Notes under the pieces: model-generated
The model's input: only the letters and a program-made list of their open reading frames with translations
The model's database searches: none
What the model was told of the DNA's origin: nothing
Shown here: positions 12,701-25,391 of the stretch, in pieces
Layout of the letters: every line of letters starts with the position of its first letter
How positions within the stretch are numbered: position 1 is the first letter of the stretch
Position numbers and translations under genes: made by a program
Source of the DNA: Eledone cirrhosa
Taxonomy: Eukaryota
DNA length: 64,000 nt
Reading direction: 5' to 3'
NCBI GenBank assembly: GCA_964016885.1
Contig: OZ024740.1
Span: forward strand, 64,790,001 to 64,854,000

Positions 12701-13075
12701 GTTCAGTGCCCTAGGATTGCTGACTTGTGGAGGAATGTCGAACAGCTGCTGTCGCGTGTAGGATGGATCCGGTTATCGACTCAGTCCATTGTGCAGATAG
12801 CCCCGCCTTCCTCATTTAAAGAGGAGGAAGGGTAGGCAGTTTTCATCTGCCTGGTGGCCATGGTGAAAGAGATTGTGTGGTAGACAAGGTTGAAAGGGTT
12901 GAAGACGGACACTTTCATCTTCGGCCAATCCCTGAATAACTTTTTCAAGTTTCACTTGAAGAGGAAAATCAGGGTGGAGAGGCAAGTGCTGTCTTCTAGT
13001 AAGTTTGTTGAAAGGTGGGTGAAAGTGGCGAGTCTGATTCAAGTGAACGGGCCCGCTCTCAGTATGCGCCTGTAG
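9708..13075 (+). pseudogene. Tx1-like ORF2 (APE endonuclease-RT-zinc finger) with multiple stops and frameshifts
   Basis: Collinear fragments 9925-10143, 10263-10556, 10679-11266, 11271-11651, 11585-12835 and 12890-13075. Confidence 0.9.
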
Positions 13076-13371
13076 ACTGAGGAGTGGGAAAACTGAGAAA
13101 GTGCGCTTGCCCTGGTGGTCAGGGTGGCCGTGGTCTTTTTTGTGTGGTTTTCGCCACGAGTGAGCCTCGGAGGTTTCCCCGTTTTGGGGGATTTTTGTTG
13201 TTTGAATTTTTGTTAAATTCTATCCCGATTTCTATCTTGTTATAACCTGTTTACACGACCAAAACCTACTTTTTATCGTCTTCTACTGTTCTGTGGCGTC
13301 TCTAATGTTTTTCTTCATGTTAGTCCTTGAGGCCAATAAAGAAACCATTATTATTATTATCATTATTATTA

Positions 13372-13570
13372 GGGCGGTGAATTGGCAGTATCGGTAGATG
13401 GTTGGACGCCATGCTTTCTAGCATAGTTACGTCCCTTTACAGTCTGAGTTCAAATCCCGCCGAGGTTAACTTTGCCTTTCATCCTTACGGGGTCGATAAA
13501 ATAAAGTACAAGTAATGTACCAGTAATTGCTGGCCTTGGGCCTAAAGTAAAAACAATTATTATTATTATT
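13372..13570 (+). mobile_element. tRNA-derived SINE (cephalopod-type, Nin/Deu-like core)
   Basis: A-box-like TGGCAGTATCGG, B-box GAGTTCAAATCC, core GCCTTTCATCCTTACGGGGTCGATAAA and an (ATT)n tail; several copies in the window. Confidence 0.8.
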
Positions 13571-14299
13571 ATTAATGATATTATATATTATATTATTAAA
13601 ACAAAAAACGATGAAAGTTAAAACAGTATATATAGGTGACAAGATTTCGAACCCCCCCCCCCCCCCGTACAATGCGTTGAAAAAACTCAAGCAACGTATA
13701 TACGTATTCTATATAACGCACCCCAACTAAATACATGTATATTATGTCGATGTGTCTCAAGCACCATCTATAAACATTGTAAAATGTGCATTAGTTGCAA
13801 TTATTAGTTGCAATGTTTAAAGAAAACTGATATAATAATGATGATATAGCAAAATACAAAATTAATTTAAAACGATAACCGTTTTGCTGCTCGTTTATTC
13901 TTCTACTGAGAACTGCACTCGTGCAATAAACTATGGTGATGGTAGCAGTAATTAACAGCATTTAATGCACTTCACTGTAACGTACTATGAATGTTAAACG
14001 TATTAACATCCAAAGAGAATTCTTGGTGTATAAAACACTTAGCAATGGAGTAAAAGAAATGTTTCGGTGAACGCGTACCTCGTTGAAAATACTGAAAAAT
14101 ATAAACATGAATAGTAAGAAATTGCAATTGAATTTAGATTATAAATTCAATTACGGAATTTCTATAGCAAACACCAATTTTCCAGTACATGTGGCAAAGG
14201 AAGGAATCATAAAACAAAGAAAAACTACAAAAAGAAAATGTCTGTGGTTGCAAATGTTTGTTGGGAGAAAGCATCGTTCTTTGACACATTTAAACTAAT

Positions 14300-16570
14300 T
14301 ATTAATATTAAATTATTAAATTAAATATTTAATATTAAAGCAAATTTTAATCTTTAATTTTGATTTCTAATTTTTAATTTTAATCTAATTTTTCAACCTA
14401 TCATTATAAGTATTGTAATCAAAACGTAATGAACCCTGCATTATAGATATTATTCTTCCACGTTAATCTTATTTCTTCTTTCACTTAGATATACTTATGC
14501 TGTGTATATTTCTCCGTTGAAACTTATTTCTTCATGCACTCTATCTTCACTATCAATATGTATAATCGTTCTTTCTTTCCTCTTCTATCTTTCTCCTTTC
14601 TTTTTTCTTTTTTCTATTTTTCTTTTTTTCTTTTTTTCTTTTTTTCTTTTTTTCTTTTTTTCTCTCTCCCTTACATATCATCTTCTTCCAACAGTTTAAT
14701 TTAAATAAACCGTTATCTTTTCAACCTTTCGGACACTCATTTGCATACTCACTCATAAATTTGTATTACCCTCAATAAATATACTATCTCCACTATACAG
14801 GAAGCTCCAACTGTTAAGGTTGTCTTTTTTCCGGGTATGTCAATATTTATTTATAAAACAAATCTGTATTTTATATGATGAAAGCGCACCATAATTTGCC
14901 TTGGTTGCCCTTGAAATATGTATAATAAAATAAATATGGTTTTATAAATATAGTTTCCATTTATTAATATATTGTGTATTTACTCCACTAACTTGTTGAG
15001 TGATTTATATCAGTTATAAAAGTTTTTAAGCTTGTTGAATCCCAACAAATAAATATAACCTCTGCATATATTTTGCTCCTTTATTGTTGAGCGCTTTAAA
15101 TTATAACTGATTAAAAATGGAATTCTTTAGGATATCTTCTTCTCTAAAAGACATACCTTTACCTAAGAATAAGGACTTTCTAAAACAACTTATAGAAAAA
15201 TGGGACTCATTTATAAGAAGACTCAGATGGCGTGCTTTTCATTTCGATAATAAATCTGATGGAAAGAAAATCTTTCCAATCTTGATAGAATCTTCAAATC
15301 CAAAAAGAATCCACCTTCCAACAAACTATTAATGGAATTTGAAAATGAGATTATCTCTATCATACAAATCATTACATTTAAGAAAAACTACTTTGTAGGC
15401 CAGGATTACCTAAAAAGTCTCAAAAATAATATAGAAAACTTTGAAAAAATGGAAAAAATTCTTGTTAAATCAGATAAAACCAACAATCTTTACGGAATGC
15501 ATAAGGATGATTACAATAATCTTATATTGAAGGAATTAAGGAAGAATTACAAAAGATAAACCAATGATGACCTTGAAAAACTAAATACTGAAGCTTCTTA
15601 TATAATGCAGGAATTAGGCATCAAAAATAGGTCTCAACCCTTCAAACCTAGGAAACCAAAAATTAATTTGAAGGACCATAAAAGACATTTTGAAATTGAA
15701 TTACCAGTTAGATTGATTGCACCATCTAAATCGGACCTTGGCATACTTAGCAAGAATATTTTAGATAGAATAATACCACAACTTAAGGAAATATCTTATT
15801 TAAAATTGTGGAACGGGACTAATGAAGTTATTGAATGGTTTAAGGACATTACATATAAACATAACAATAAATTCATTCAATCGGATATTGCTAATTATTA
15901 CTCATCTATCACTCCTAATCTACTTAATAAAACCCTTACATATGCATTTAAATATACAGATTTAACTAGCAATGAAATGCACATTATCTTAACTGCACGA
16001 AAAACATTATTAAATTTAGCAACTACCTTTGGACTACAGCAGATACGGATAACAATTTCGATATCACTATGGAATCGGCGCAATTAACGGATCTTGTGGG
16101 GCTTTTTATTAACAATACATTACATAGGAAAATACCGGAGATGCCCGGTGGTTTATATGGTGACGATATGCTATTACTTATTGAAAATAATAATAATTGT
16201 GAAATAAATAGGAAAAGAAAAGAAATTATACAATTTTTTATTTTTTTATTTTTTTTCTCTCTCCCTTACATATCATCTTCTTCCAATAGTTTAATTTAAA
16301 TAAACCGTTATCTTTTCAACCTTTCGGACACTCATTTGCATACTCATTCATAACTTTGTATTTCCCTCAATAAATGTACTATCTTCACTATCCAGGAAGC
16401 TCCAGCCGTTAAGGTCGTCTTTTTTCCGGGTATGTCAATATTTATTTTTAAAACAAATCTGTATTTTATCTTATGAAAGCGCACCATAATTTGTATTGGT
16501 TGCTATTGAAATATGTATAATAAAATAAATATCGTTTTATAAATATAGTGTCCATTTATTAATATATTGT
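14300..16570 (+). mobile_element. Internally deleted Hydra-clade-like PLE with direct pLTRs (~14655-14973 and ~16250-16570)
   Basis: ~320 bp direct repeats, each carrying a mutated HHR (ATGATGA at 14874, CTTATGA at 16470), with N-terminal and RT fragments between them. Confidence 0.85.
15117..16240 (+). pseudogene. PLE N-terminal + RT domain, frameshifted and truncated after the YxDD motif
   Basis: SLKDIPLP..IRRLRWRAF, KSDKTNNLY, LKDHK, RLIAPSKSDLG, DIANYYSSI, GGLYGDDML. Confidence 0.85.
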
Positions 16571-16575
16571 TTATA

Positions 16576-16628
<53 letters not shown>

Positions 16629-16815
16629 CATGTTTTATATAGGACTAGAATTGTTTCATGCAAAAGGAAACATAAAGAAAGTTTTCCTTATGAGTTCTAT
16701 TGAATGAAACAGTTTTTGACCTATAGAGGCCATTTCTATATTAAACATGATGTTTACATTCCACTAATGCATTGAGTACCTTACTCTCTGCGGTTACACC
16801 CGATTGAACCCGCGA

Positions 16816-17030
<215 letters not shown>

Positions 17031-17226
17031 AATATATTAATAAATGGACACTATATTTATAAAACATACTTATTTTATTTTACATATTTCAAGGGCAACC
17101 AATACAAATTATGGTGCGCTTTCATATATATATATATATATAAACGGAAAAAAATGAAACGAAATTTCACTTCTCACTCTTAGTACGGCTGTTACTTAAC
17201 AATCAATCATCTGGCAGGAAGGTATA

Positions 17227-17267
17227 TGTTGCTGACGATAGCTAATACGCTTGAAACTAGTACAGCG
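17227..17267 (+). ncRNA. Minimal type I hammerhead ribozyme (family B)
   Basis: TGTTG-CTGACGA-tAGC taatac GCTt-GAAA-CTAG-TA-CAGCG, with palindromic stem III ACTAGT. Confidence 0.85.
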
Positions 17268-17497
17268 TTCTTTCGTCAGTGTTGAACAAATGAGCAACGA
17301 TGGTTGCTAGACACTGTACGGCTTAATTTGGGATGTTTGTTTACAAACACACCGAGCATTATGATAAGCAACCCCTCGATAAGACTTATCTGCCCTTCTA
17401 AGTCCGACATTGGTATTATCAGCAAGAAAATCTTGGTAAAATCATCCCAGAAATTAAACACAAGATACACCTTAAACAATGGGGAAATACGAGTGAA

Positions 17498-19237
17498 GTG
17501 TTTGAATGGTTCAAAGATATCAAGAATAATAAGGACAAAAAATTTATTCAATTTGATATCAATTCATACTACACCTCTATTTCCCCTATCCTATTAAATA
17601 AGGTACTTATCATGGCCATGAACAATAGCGACCTGACTAGAGCCCAGATTGATGTCATCCTTGCGGCCCGTAAAACCATAATCACCTTCGAAGACCATCT
17701 ATGGACACGCAAGGATACGTACAACAACTTCGACATAACCATGGGATCTAGTGACTCGGCGCAGGTCACTGATTTGGTCGGCCTATACCTTCTCAATGAA
17801 ATCCATAAGGACCTCCCTTACTTCAACGGTGGTTTGTACCGCGATGATGCACTTCTACTTATAGAATATAAAAAATTTAATATAGAAAGAGCTAGAAAAC
17901 AATTGCATAAGACATTCAAAAACTGTAACCTTAGTATCACCATGGACAAAAACACTAAAAATGTAAACTTCCTAGACGCCACACTATACCTAGACTCAAA
18001 AATATATACACCTTTCCATAAGCCTAACGAAAATCTCATTTACGTAGATACTAAGTTTAATCACCCTAGATCAATATTAAACTCTATCTCTAAGGGGGTA
18101 TCCAATAGAATCTCTAGCCTGTCCTATGACGCAAACATATTTAGCAAAAACTCACAATATTACAATCAAGCATTAGCTAGATCCGGCCATAATATAGAAA
18201 TTGAGTTTCTACCTAAGAAAACACATAGCTACAACATCATCTCGCACAACATGTCCATGAGGAAACCTAATAATAGGAATAGCAACCACAAGTACACCAA
18301 AGCGGAGGGTGCCACCGGAAGTAACCATTACCACGGAAACTACTGTGGTGCCGTAGGAAGAAACAACACACCAAACACTAAAAGCAAAAATAGAAGAAGA
18401 AATAATACATTTTTCAACCCTCCTTTCAACCTAAATGTCTCCACCAACATACATAGGTCTTTCTTTTCACTACTAGATAAAAACTTCCCTCTAGGACACA
18501 AGTACCACAACCTTTTAAACAAAAACACTATTAAAATCTCATACTCTACGACGCCTAACTTAGCATACCACATAGCTAGCAGCAATAAAAATAAAATTAA
18601 TTCTTACTTCCAACAAATGAAATCACAACAGGATCCAAACCTTCTAAATACCCCTGTAGCAAGCAACCATAGTAACGGCAGTAACAATAGAAATAACACT
18701 AGTATAAGAAATAACACCGGGGTTGACAACCCGAATGTCCAACATCCTATAGCTACCACCCAGACTTCTGCACTGCATTATAACCAGCAGACTAACACAC
18801 AGGATAATTGTAACTGTAGACCTAATAGAACCTGTCCTTTGGATAAAAAATGCCTAACCAAGGATATCATATACTCATGCACCGTCACAACTAGCAACTC
18901 TTCAGAAACCTATGTAGGCTCCACTTCTAACAGCTTCAAAATCAGATATAATTCGCACATCCACTCGTTCAAAAAGCACAGCCTAGCCAACTCCACATCA
19001 CTATCTAGCTACATACACTATCTAAAAACTAAAAATAAACCATACACACTCAAATGGGAAGTGATAGGCAGCGCGACTTCGTACAAACCACCTAATAAAT
19101 TTTGTAACCTCTGTATACTAGAGACCCACAATATTATCTTCTTCAACCGTAACCTACTTAACAAAAAATCTGAGGTGTTTGCAACTTGCCAGCACCGCTT
19201 CAGACATTCCTTCCAAAACTTTAAGCCCAATATATAG
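17498..19237 (+). CDS. PLE reverse transcriptase + GIY-YIG endonuclease (N-terminus truncated or frameshifted)
   Basis: FDINSYYTSI, FDITMGSSDSAQVTDLVG, GLYRDD, NFLD, CNCRPNRTCPL, IIY..YVG, CNLC, CQH. Confidence 0.9.
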   Translation: MFEWFKDIKNNKDKKFIQFDINSYYTSISPILLNKVLIMAMNNSDLTRAQIDVILAARKTIITFEDHLWTRKDTYNNFDITMGSSDSAQVTDLVGLYLLNEIHKDLPYFNGGLYRDDALLLIEYKKFNIERARKQLHKTFKNCNLSITMDKNTKNVNFLDATLYLDSKIYTPFHKPNENLIYVDTKFNHPRSILNSISKGVSNRISSLSYDANIFSKNSQYYNQALARSGHNIEIEFLPKKTHSYNIISHNMSMRKPNNRNSNHKYTKAEGATGSNHYHGNYCGAVGRNNTPNTKSKNRRRNNTFFNPPFNLNVSTNIHRSFFSLLDKNFPLGHKYHNLLNKNTIKISYSTTPNLAYHIASSNKNKINSYFQQMKSQQDPNLLNTPVASNHSNGSNNRNNTSIRNNTGVDNPNVQHPIATTQTSALHYNQQTNTQDNCNCRPNRTCPLDKKCLTKDIIYSCTVTTSNSSETYVGSTSNSFKIRYNSHIHSFKKHSLANSTSLSSYIHYLKTKNKPYTLKWEVIGSATSYKPPNKFCNLCILETHNIIFFNRNLLNKKSEVFATCQHRFRHSFQNFKPNI

Positions 19238-20671
19238 CAATGTCGGACTTGAACCAAACACCACATCTAGCATCAAACACCAGGGGCACACCTTATACCA
19301 CATACACAACACAAACTGATCTAATATAACACAAACTACGACATCCCTCCGGAACCCTTCGCTGGGAGAATACCCATTTATACCTCTACGTTAGGGGTGA
19401 CAACATCCACCCACTTGAACTGCACTACACCGCTCTATAGGTAATTTAAGCATGAATTGATTAGTTTGGTCGTGTTGTGCGGAGGAAGTGCCTTCCTTAG
19501 ACAGATGAAAAACGATTTAATCTAGTAACGCTGTTGAGCAGTAGGACCAGTACGCTGAGTGCAGAGAATGAATGTATTGGGTTGTACATATATGGATGAT
19601 TTGATGGTCAGAGTGGGGTCATGAGGACTGCGGATTGACCTCTGTCCGGCCCTGATGATGATTACCTTTCGACATCCAATGTAGCAAGCGATGACCCAGA
19701 ACTTACCAGAGATCATTGTGTCTTGAAGTGATTCTGCAATCACCGCGCCTGGTCCTATGAGTAGGGTACAACCACAGGGATAATTAATTTAGAATCCTCG
19801 CTCATCGTCTATAATATTCATTTGTGGCACCCTAGGATGGGGGTTAATTCACCATAATAATACGAACACCTTCAGCACAACTTAATAAACTACTCTATAG
19901 TTAAAACACTTTATGCTTTAGGAATTTTTTGGAAGTTGCGCATAACCATAGCAATTAGGGTCTATATTGAGACATTTCAATAGCTAGGTATAGAAACCCC
20001 GGAGTTACCTCCCCTCATGCATTAACTCCCCTTAGCCACACAAACACTTCCGGGTAGTATTCAATGTCGTTTCACGAAACGTAACAGCCTCCTGTATTGA
20101 ACTAAAGAACATCGGACTACGATTCTCTAACTGGATTGTCAAACGCTCAATATAGAATTGCCGTGGATTATGTGAGGGGCATATAATCGAAGAATACACT
20201 CCCCTGACCATGAAAATGTCGAAGTACATGAGGTCCTTGTCATCCCTTCGCTGTGCATCTCCAATACGTTTAATACTTTTAATGCTTGCACTATTTTTAA
20301 TGCTTATATCTTTTCTCCACACACAGACTATAACAATCATATAAAGAATTTCCCACCAGATCAACCAACCTAACACTCTTCTTTACCTACCTAAGTGCTC
20401 CTACCACACATATCTCTCTGCCACACTATATAAACAAGACGCATGTGCTTGCCACACATATAACATTTGCACTATATAACCGCTTACCCTCATGTTGCAT
20501 TTTAACCTGTATTTCTGATTTTTGATTGTACCTTTTATTATGAATGTAATTTCGAAGTGTGTACTGCCACTCTAAATGCTGTAATGAATGTTGACCCACA
20601 ATATTTGCATATGTATCGGTATGTCTCTTGACTGAAAAGGAGGTCATATAACTCTCCATTCATTAATAAAT

Positions 20672-20718
20672 TGCTCCGAAGAATCCAAACCTCGGTTTGG
20701 AGGAAACAGCTGTAAGCA
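20672..20718 (+). ncRNA. Minimal type I hammerhead ribozyme, CCGAAGA variant
   Basis: TGCT-CCGAAGA-aTCCAAAC ctcg GTTTGGAg-GAAA-CAGCTG-TA-AGCA. Confidence 0.85.
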
Positions 20719-20950
20719 CAATAATGTTTTGAACAGTTCTTTGATTCTTATATTTCATATAACTGCTCTGTAAATCATCTGATGTTTTTACATTGAGCTA
20801 CTTAACTTACTGGTAATAAGCTAGTAATACATTACTGCCTACCACTATTTAGGGTTTGTATAAAAAATACATATAACTGCTAAAGTCTTTTGTATTTTCA
20901 TAACCATAAATAGTACAATTAATACTATATATATATATATATATATATAT

Positions 20951-21229
20951 TAATTCAAAATATTAATAAAAATAGATATTCGTGTGATCAAGTATATTTT
21001 ATTATACATATTTCACAGGTACTGAACTATCTTAAACAGTACGTCCTCATCAGATAAAATAAGATGATGCATGACTGAATCTTAACCATCTACTTAGTCA
21101 GGGTATGTCATGCATCATCTTTTACCTGATGAGGACGTACTGTTGAAGATAGCTCAGTACCACTGAAATATGTATAATAAAATATACTTGATCACACGAA
21201 TGTCTATTTTTGTTAATATTTTGAATTAA
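20951..21229. repeat. Head-to-head inverted repeat (~125 bp arms) with an HHR in each arm
   Basis: 20951-21075 is the reverse complement of 21107-21229. CTGATGA..GAAATATGTATA occurs at 21126 (+) and 21053 (-). Confidence 0.85.
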
Positions 21230-21316
21230 TATTAATAACTCCGGAAAACCAACGTGTGGCGTGCTTCCAATCTATTGTAAAACTTAATTCTTTGATTTAT
21301 TCATTGAACCTTGTTT

Positions 21317-21371
<55 letters not shown>

Positions 21372-21375
21372 GCTC

Positions 21376-22030
21376 TACAATAAATGTAATCTGGGTTTTT
21401 CGAATATTAATAATAATATTCAATTGGTTTGCAATTTTGCAAACAAGCCTCATTTTTAAAGTCATGTCAGTAGAATGAGCCCCTCATTCTTGCATATTAG
21501 CAGATCCACTGATCAGCCAGATTTGCATATCAGTAGACTGGTCAGTCAGTTTCCTGTATACGAGCGATATGACGTTGCCATATTAAAAAAAAAAAAAATT
21601 CGCTCTACATGGCTGAATGCAATTTTTTTTTAATTTGGCAAAGCCGGGCATTTATCGCTCGTATACAGGAAACTGACTGGCCAATCTGCAGATATGCAAA
21701 TCTGGCTGATCAGTGGATCCGCTAATATGCAGATCTGACTGATCAGCCAGTCTGCTAATATGCAAATCAGGCAGAGCAGTCACTGTATATTTTAGAAAAT
21801 ATCATATATTTTCACTAGCTCTGACAGTTAGCTGGTGAACAGTGAACTGTACTGATGAAGAGTAATACCCAGAATCATTAGTGTCTGCAGTTCTGTTTAC
21901 ATGCCAACACAAGAGCAAGAATGAGGGCTCACTCTATTGACATGGCTTTAAAAATTAATCTTGTTTGCATAATTGCAAACGTATCGAATATTATTATCAA
22001 TATTCGAAAAACTCAGATTATGTTTATTAT
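21376..22030. mobile_element. Foldback element with ~115 bp terminal inverted arms and a nested internal palindrome
   Basis: 21376-21492 pairs with 21915-22030, and 21491-21570 with 21655-21731. The same family occurs at 30252-30660. Confidence 0.65.
21844..21893 (+). ncRNA. Degenerate hammerhead ribozyme
   Basis: 8-bp stem I GAACTGTA/TGCAGTTC, CTGATGA, GAAT in place of GAAA, near-palindromic CATTAGTG and a GTC site. Confidence 0.6.
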
Positions 22031-22323
22031 ATAAATATATATATATATCAGAGAAAAATCGAGAATCAGTGTTGCGACGAATGGAATTTTTTGGACATAT
22101 TACAATCGTTTCTCTGGCGAGGCACGCTCGTATCTGAGGACCTTGCGATTTTCAGAGTCAGGTTCGATGATCACATCGATCGTGTCTCCAGCTGGTCGCC
22201 AGAGAAACGATTGTAATATGTCTAATAAATTCCATTCGTCGCAACACTGATTCTCTTTTTTTCTCTGATATATATATATATTTATATAATAAACATAATC
22301 TGAGTTTTTCGAATATTGATAAT
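21993..22323. repeat. Inverted repeat with ~128 bp arms
   Basis: 21993-22120 is the reverse complement of 22196-22323. Confidence 0.85.
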
Positions 22324-22554
22324 TATATCTGTGGCGTGCTTCCAATCTATTGTAAAACTTAATTCTTTGATTTATTCATTGAACCTTGTTTAACCTATAA
22401 ATATATATATATATATATACGCTCTACAATAATAAATTCCATTCGTCGCAACACTGATTCTCTTTTTTTCTCTGATATTATACTCTTCTCTATGAGAGCA
22501 TCGAGTGCTCAAACGGCCTACCGCAAACGGACACTTTAAGCATCCAACACCAAT

Positions 22555-22611
<57 letters not shown>

Positions 22612-25246
22612 TATATATATATATATATATAAGAGTTTAGCCGAGTTTATAATACAACCATATAATGGACAAGAATATTTCACATCTCAAATGTTATATG
22701 TTTTAGAATACACCTCTTTTAGTACCATTCCATGAGTGTATGGTGGTCAGCCTATGCACTTTCAGAATGGTAATACATGACCAGGGGCATTGTCCAATGA
22801 TAGCATAACTACACATATGATTGCATAAGAAGAACCATGTAACAGAAATCTATATCATGCAATAAAGCAATTATGGTGAAATAACCTCATCTTAACTACT
22901 TTTATTTTATATATATATATATATATATATACACACGATTTCTATAACGAGATAGCGTTTGCCTGTATTCTTTTCATCTCTACTTTCCCAGCCTTAACGA
23001 ACACCGACGTAGCTTTCGAGCTTAAAACTGAACACATTAACTGTATGGGATGGATTTCATCAGAGAAAATGCGTGAGGCACATTTTGTTAAATATACTTT
23101 GCTATATAGAAAACAGGGAAACAAGAACAAAAATAGTCTTGGTGTTACATTGATGAGAAATACTCATATGATAACTTCAATTATTATAGAATGTTTCTAC
23201 GTGCAACACCCTGTAGTATTTTCAATAAAGCAGAACCTTCCGAATATTTGTGAGAAGGTTGGTGTATTTAATGATACTCAGAAATTACGAAGTTCGGTTA
23301 ATGAATTAACGATTCTATCTCCGAAGTATATCTCATCGTAATAAACAGTTTAGCGTTGACCAAAACGAGGCGTAGAGCCGATTCCACCACAATAGTGGTG
23401 CGCTGCATTTTATTACCTTAACGATTATACGCAATATACAGTAGGATAAATTTATTAGCTTGCAGTTCCATTGCTGATGTATTGGCATGTGTATTTCCTT
23501 CAAATCAAACAAACCTGTATATTTAAAGCATTCAAGCACTAGTTTGCAGTGCATTGGAAATTAAACCTTCATCTTTTCAAAAACGACCATATCTTAGTAA
23601 TTACCCCCAATCATATAACGGGGTATTCTTAATGATTGATATTTAACATTTATTAGTGGAGCTTGAACCAAATTCAACGCTTTAAAAGATGCGAAAAGGC
23701 ATTCCGAAATATATCTGCAACGCTTTGTGGGTGGGGTTGTGGACAAGCAATTGGAGAGAGTTTGTTTTACCACAGCAGAGAGAAATTCAAAATTAACGTC
23801 TTTCGTAAATATGGTTGGGCGCGGAAAATTTGTGCATTTTATTATTATATTTGTTTGACAAGTGACTTCGTTTGAGACGATGCGATAAAATAATGGTGGT
23901 TGATTCAAAATCTCATAAATTTATAGATTTCCAAAAATTAAATCGGTATTGAATGAGAAAATGAGAGCACCGAGTACGAAGATATTTATGAGAATTACAT
24001 ATACTTCAGAATTTCTTCATTAAAAAACTGTAGTTACCGACTATGTAACTATTAGTTCCGAAATTGAAATAGATACAGAAACTGATCGTAGTTATACTGA
24101 TGCTGAACTACCTTGTTTCATTGAAACCGTAATGTTGAGACAAATCAAAAGCAAATACATATTAAGATATGAATGCATGCGTGGCTCCGTAAATCTTGAG
24201 CGAGTCGTTAAGACACCATACTGAAATATGGCCTGTCTTGGGTTTTTCAGATGAATAGGGAGTAAGGTGGAGTGAGAAAGTGTGTAAAGAAATAGAGTAA
24301 ACGGCCATTTTGTTGAACTGGTAATTTATTTATTGGCCTCGAAAGGGTGAAAGGAAAAGATAACCCCGGTGGTATTTCGATTCAAGTTCCAGAACGTCAA
24401 AACCAATATTGCAATCATTTTATCTGACGTTTTAACGTTACTGACACGTCCGTGCCATTGGATAAATATAATTCATACACATAGAAGAAATGACATATCA
24501 AGTAAATGGTAAATGCGTGGAACATGCTAAAAATGCAGCTCCAATAATTCACAACGTTTCAGAAAAGAAAGGACACATTATTTGATTATTTATCAAAAAC
24601 AAAACACTTGATAGCACACGCTAGGAACCTTGTATCATATGGATCATACCGGTACGCAAATTCCGTTATTTTGATCGCTTATTCGGTGCTGCTTGAATTA
24701 TATTGCATTGTTAATCAAGGTAGTAAGACAGCAAAAATGATTTGTAATTTGTCTTGGTAACTATGTAACAGTAAATGATCAAGGAAACAAACACTACAAT
24801 AATTATATTTAAATGTTGGCATCCATAATACATGAAAAAGATTTAATCTAATCCGAGATTGCCACCTAGATTATAGTTTAAGTACAGAATGAGGTTCTGG
24901 AAAATAATTGCTTTCGTAGGTTAGAAATTAATGATTGATAACATGTCTGGGTATCTCTAAACAAAGTAATACAAACTACACTAGACAACTATTAAAGCAA
25001 TAATTAGAAATAAATAAAAAATAGGCGATGTTATTCATAATAAATGAACGAGATTGTAGTTCACTGTGCTTGAAATAGATTGATGAGATATATGTTGGAA
25101 AACTACCCACCTTCTTCCACATTCACAGCTGTCTTACTATATTCAACACAAATATAATCCATTCATTTATAATAGTTGAGTACATTCTCGACATCTTTCC
25201 GACAAAATCCATAATTAACATTGCAGTATTGATTTCATTATTATTA

Positions 25247-25351
25247 GCGGTTAACTTTGCCTTTCATCCTTATGGGGTCGATAAAATAAAGTACCAGTAA
25301 TACACTGGGATAATTGCTGGCCTTGTGCCAAAAGTAGAAACAATTATTATT
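25247..25351 (+). mobile_element. SINE 3' part
   Basis: Same core and tail as the SINE at 13372. Confidence 0.75.
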
Positions 25352-25391
25352 AGCGGTAATAAGGATGGCGTGGCGAGGAGATGGTTTAGAA

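Larger units (their letters stand above)
7479..13346 (+). mobile_element. Near full-length decayed L1/Tx1-clade LINE inserted in (ATT)n
   Basis: ORF1 fragments with a zinc knuckle; ORF2 with APE (VYAP, GDWN, TDH), RT (PGLDGLP, AYADN) and a CPRC..HALVQC finger. AATAAA at 13335 and (ATT)n on both sides. Confidence 0.9.
17368..20927 (+). mobile_element. 5'-truncated Hydra-clade-like PLE
   Basis: RT-EN ORF, ~1.4 kb 3' region, HHR at 20672, ending at (TA)n. Confidence 0.85.

Noticed and set aside
13372-13460. tRNA gene
   Set aside because: It has A/B boxes but no cloverleaf, and continues into the SINE core and tail.
22950-25240. Host exons in the unique-looking stretch (also 27300-29900 and 44700-45700)
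   Set aside because: No recognisable protein motif or convincing exon was found; small exons cannot be excluded without RNA data.
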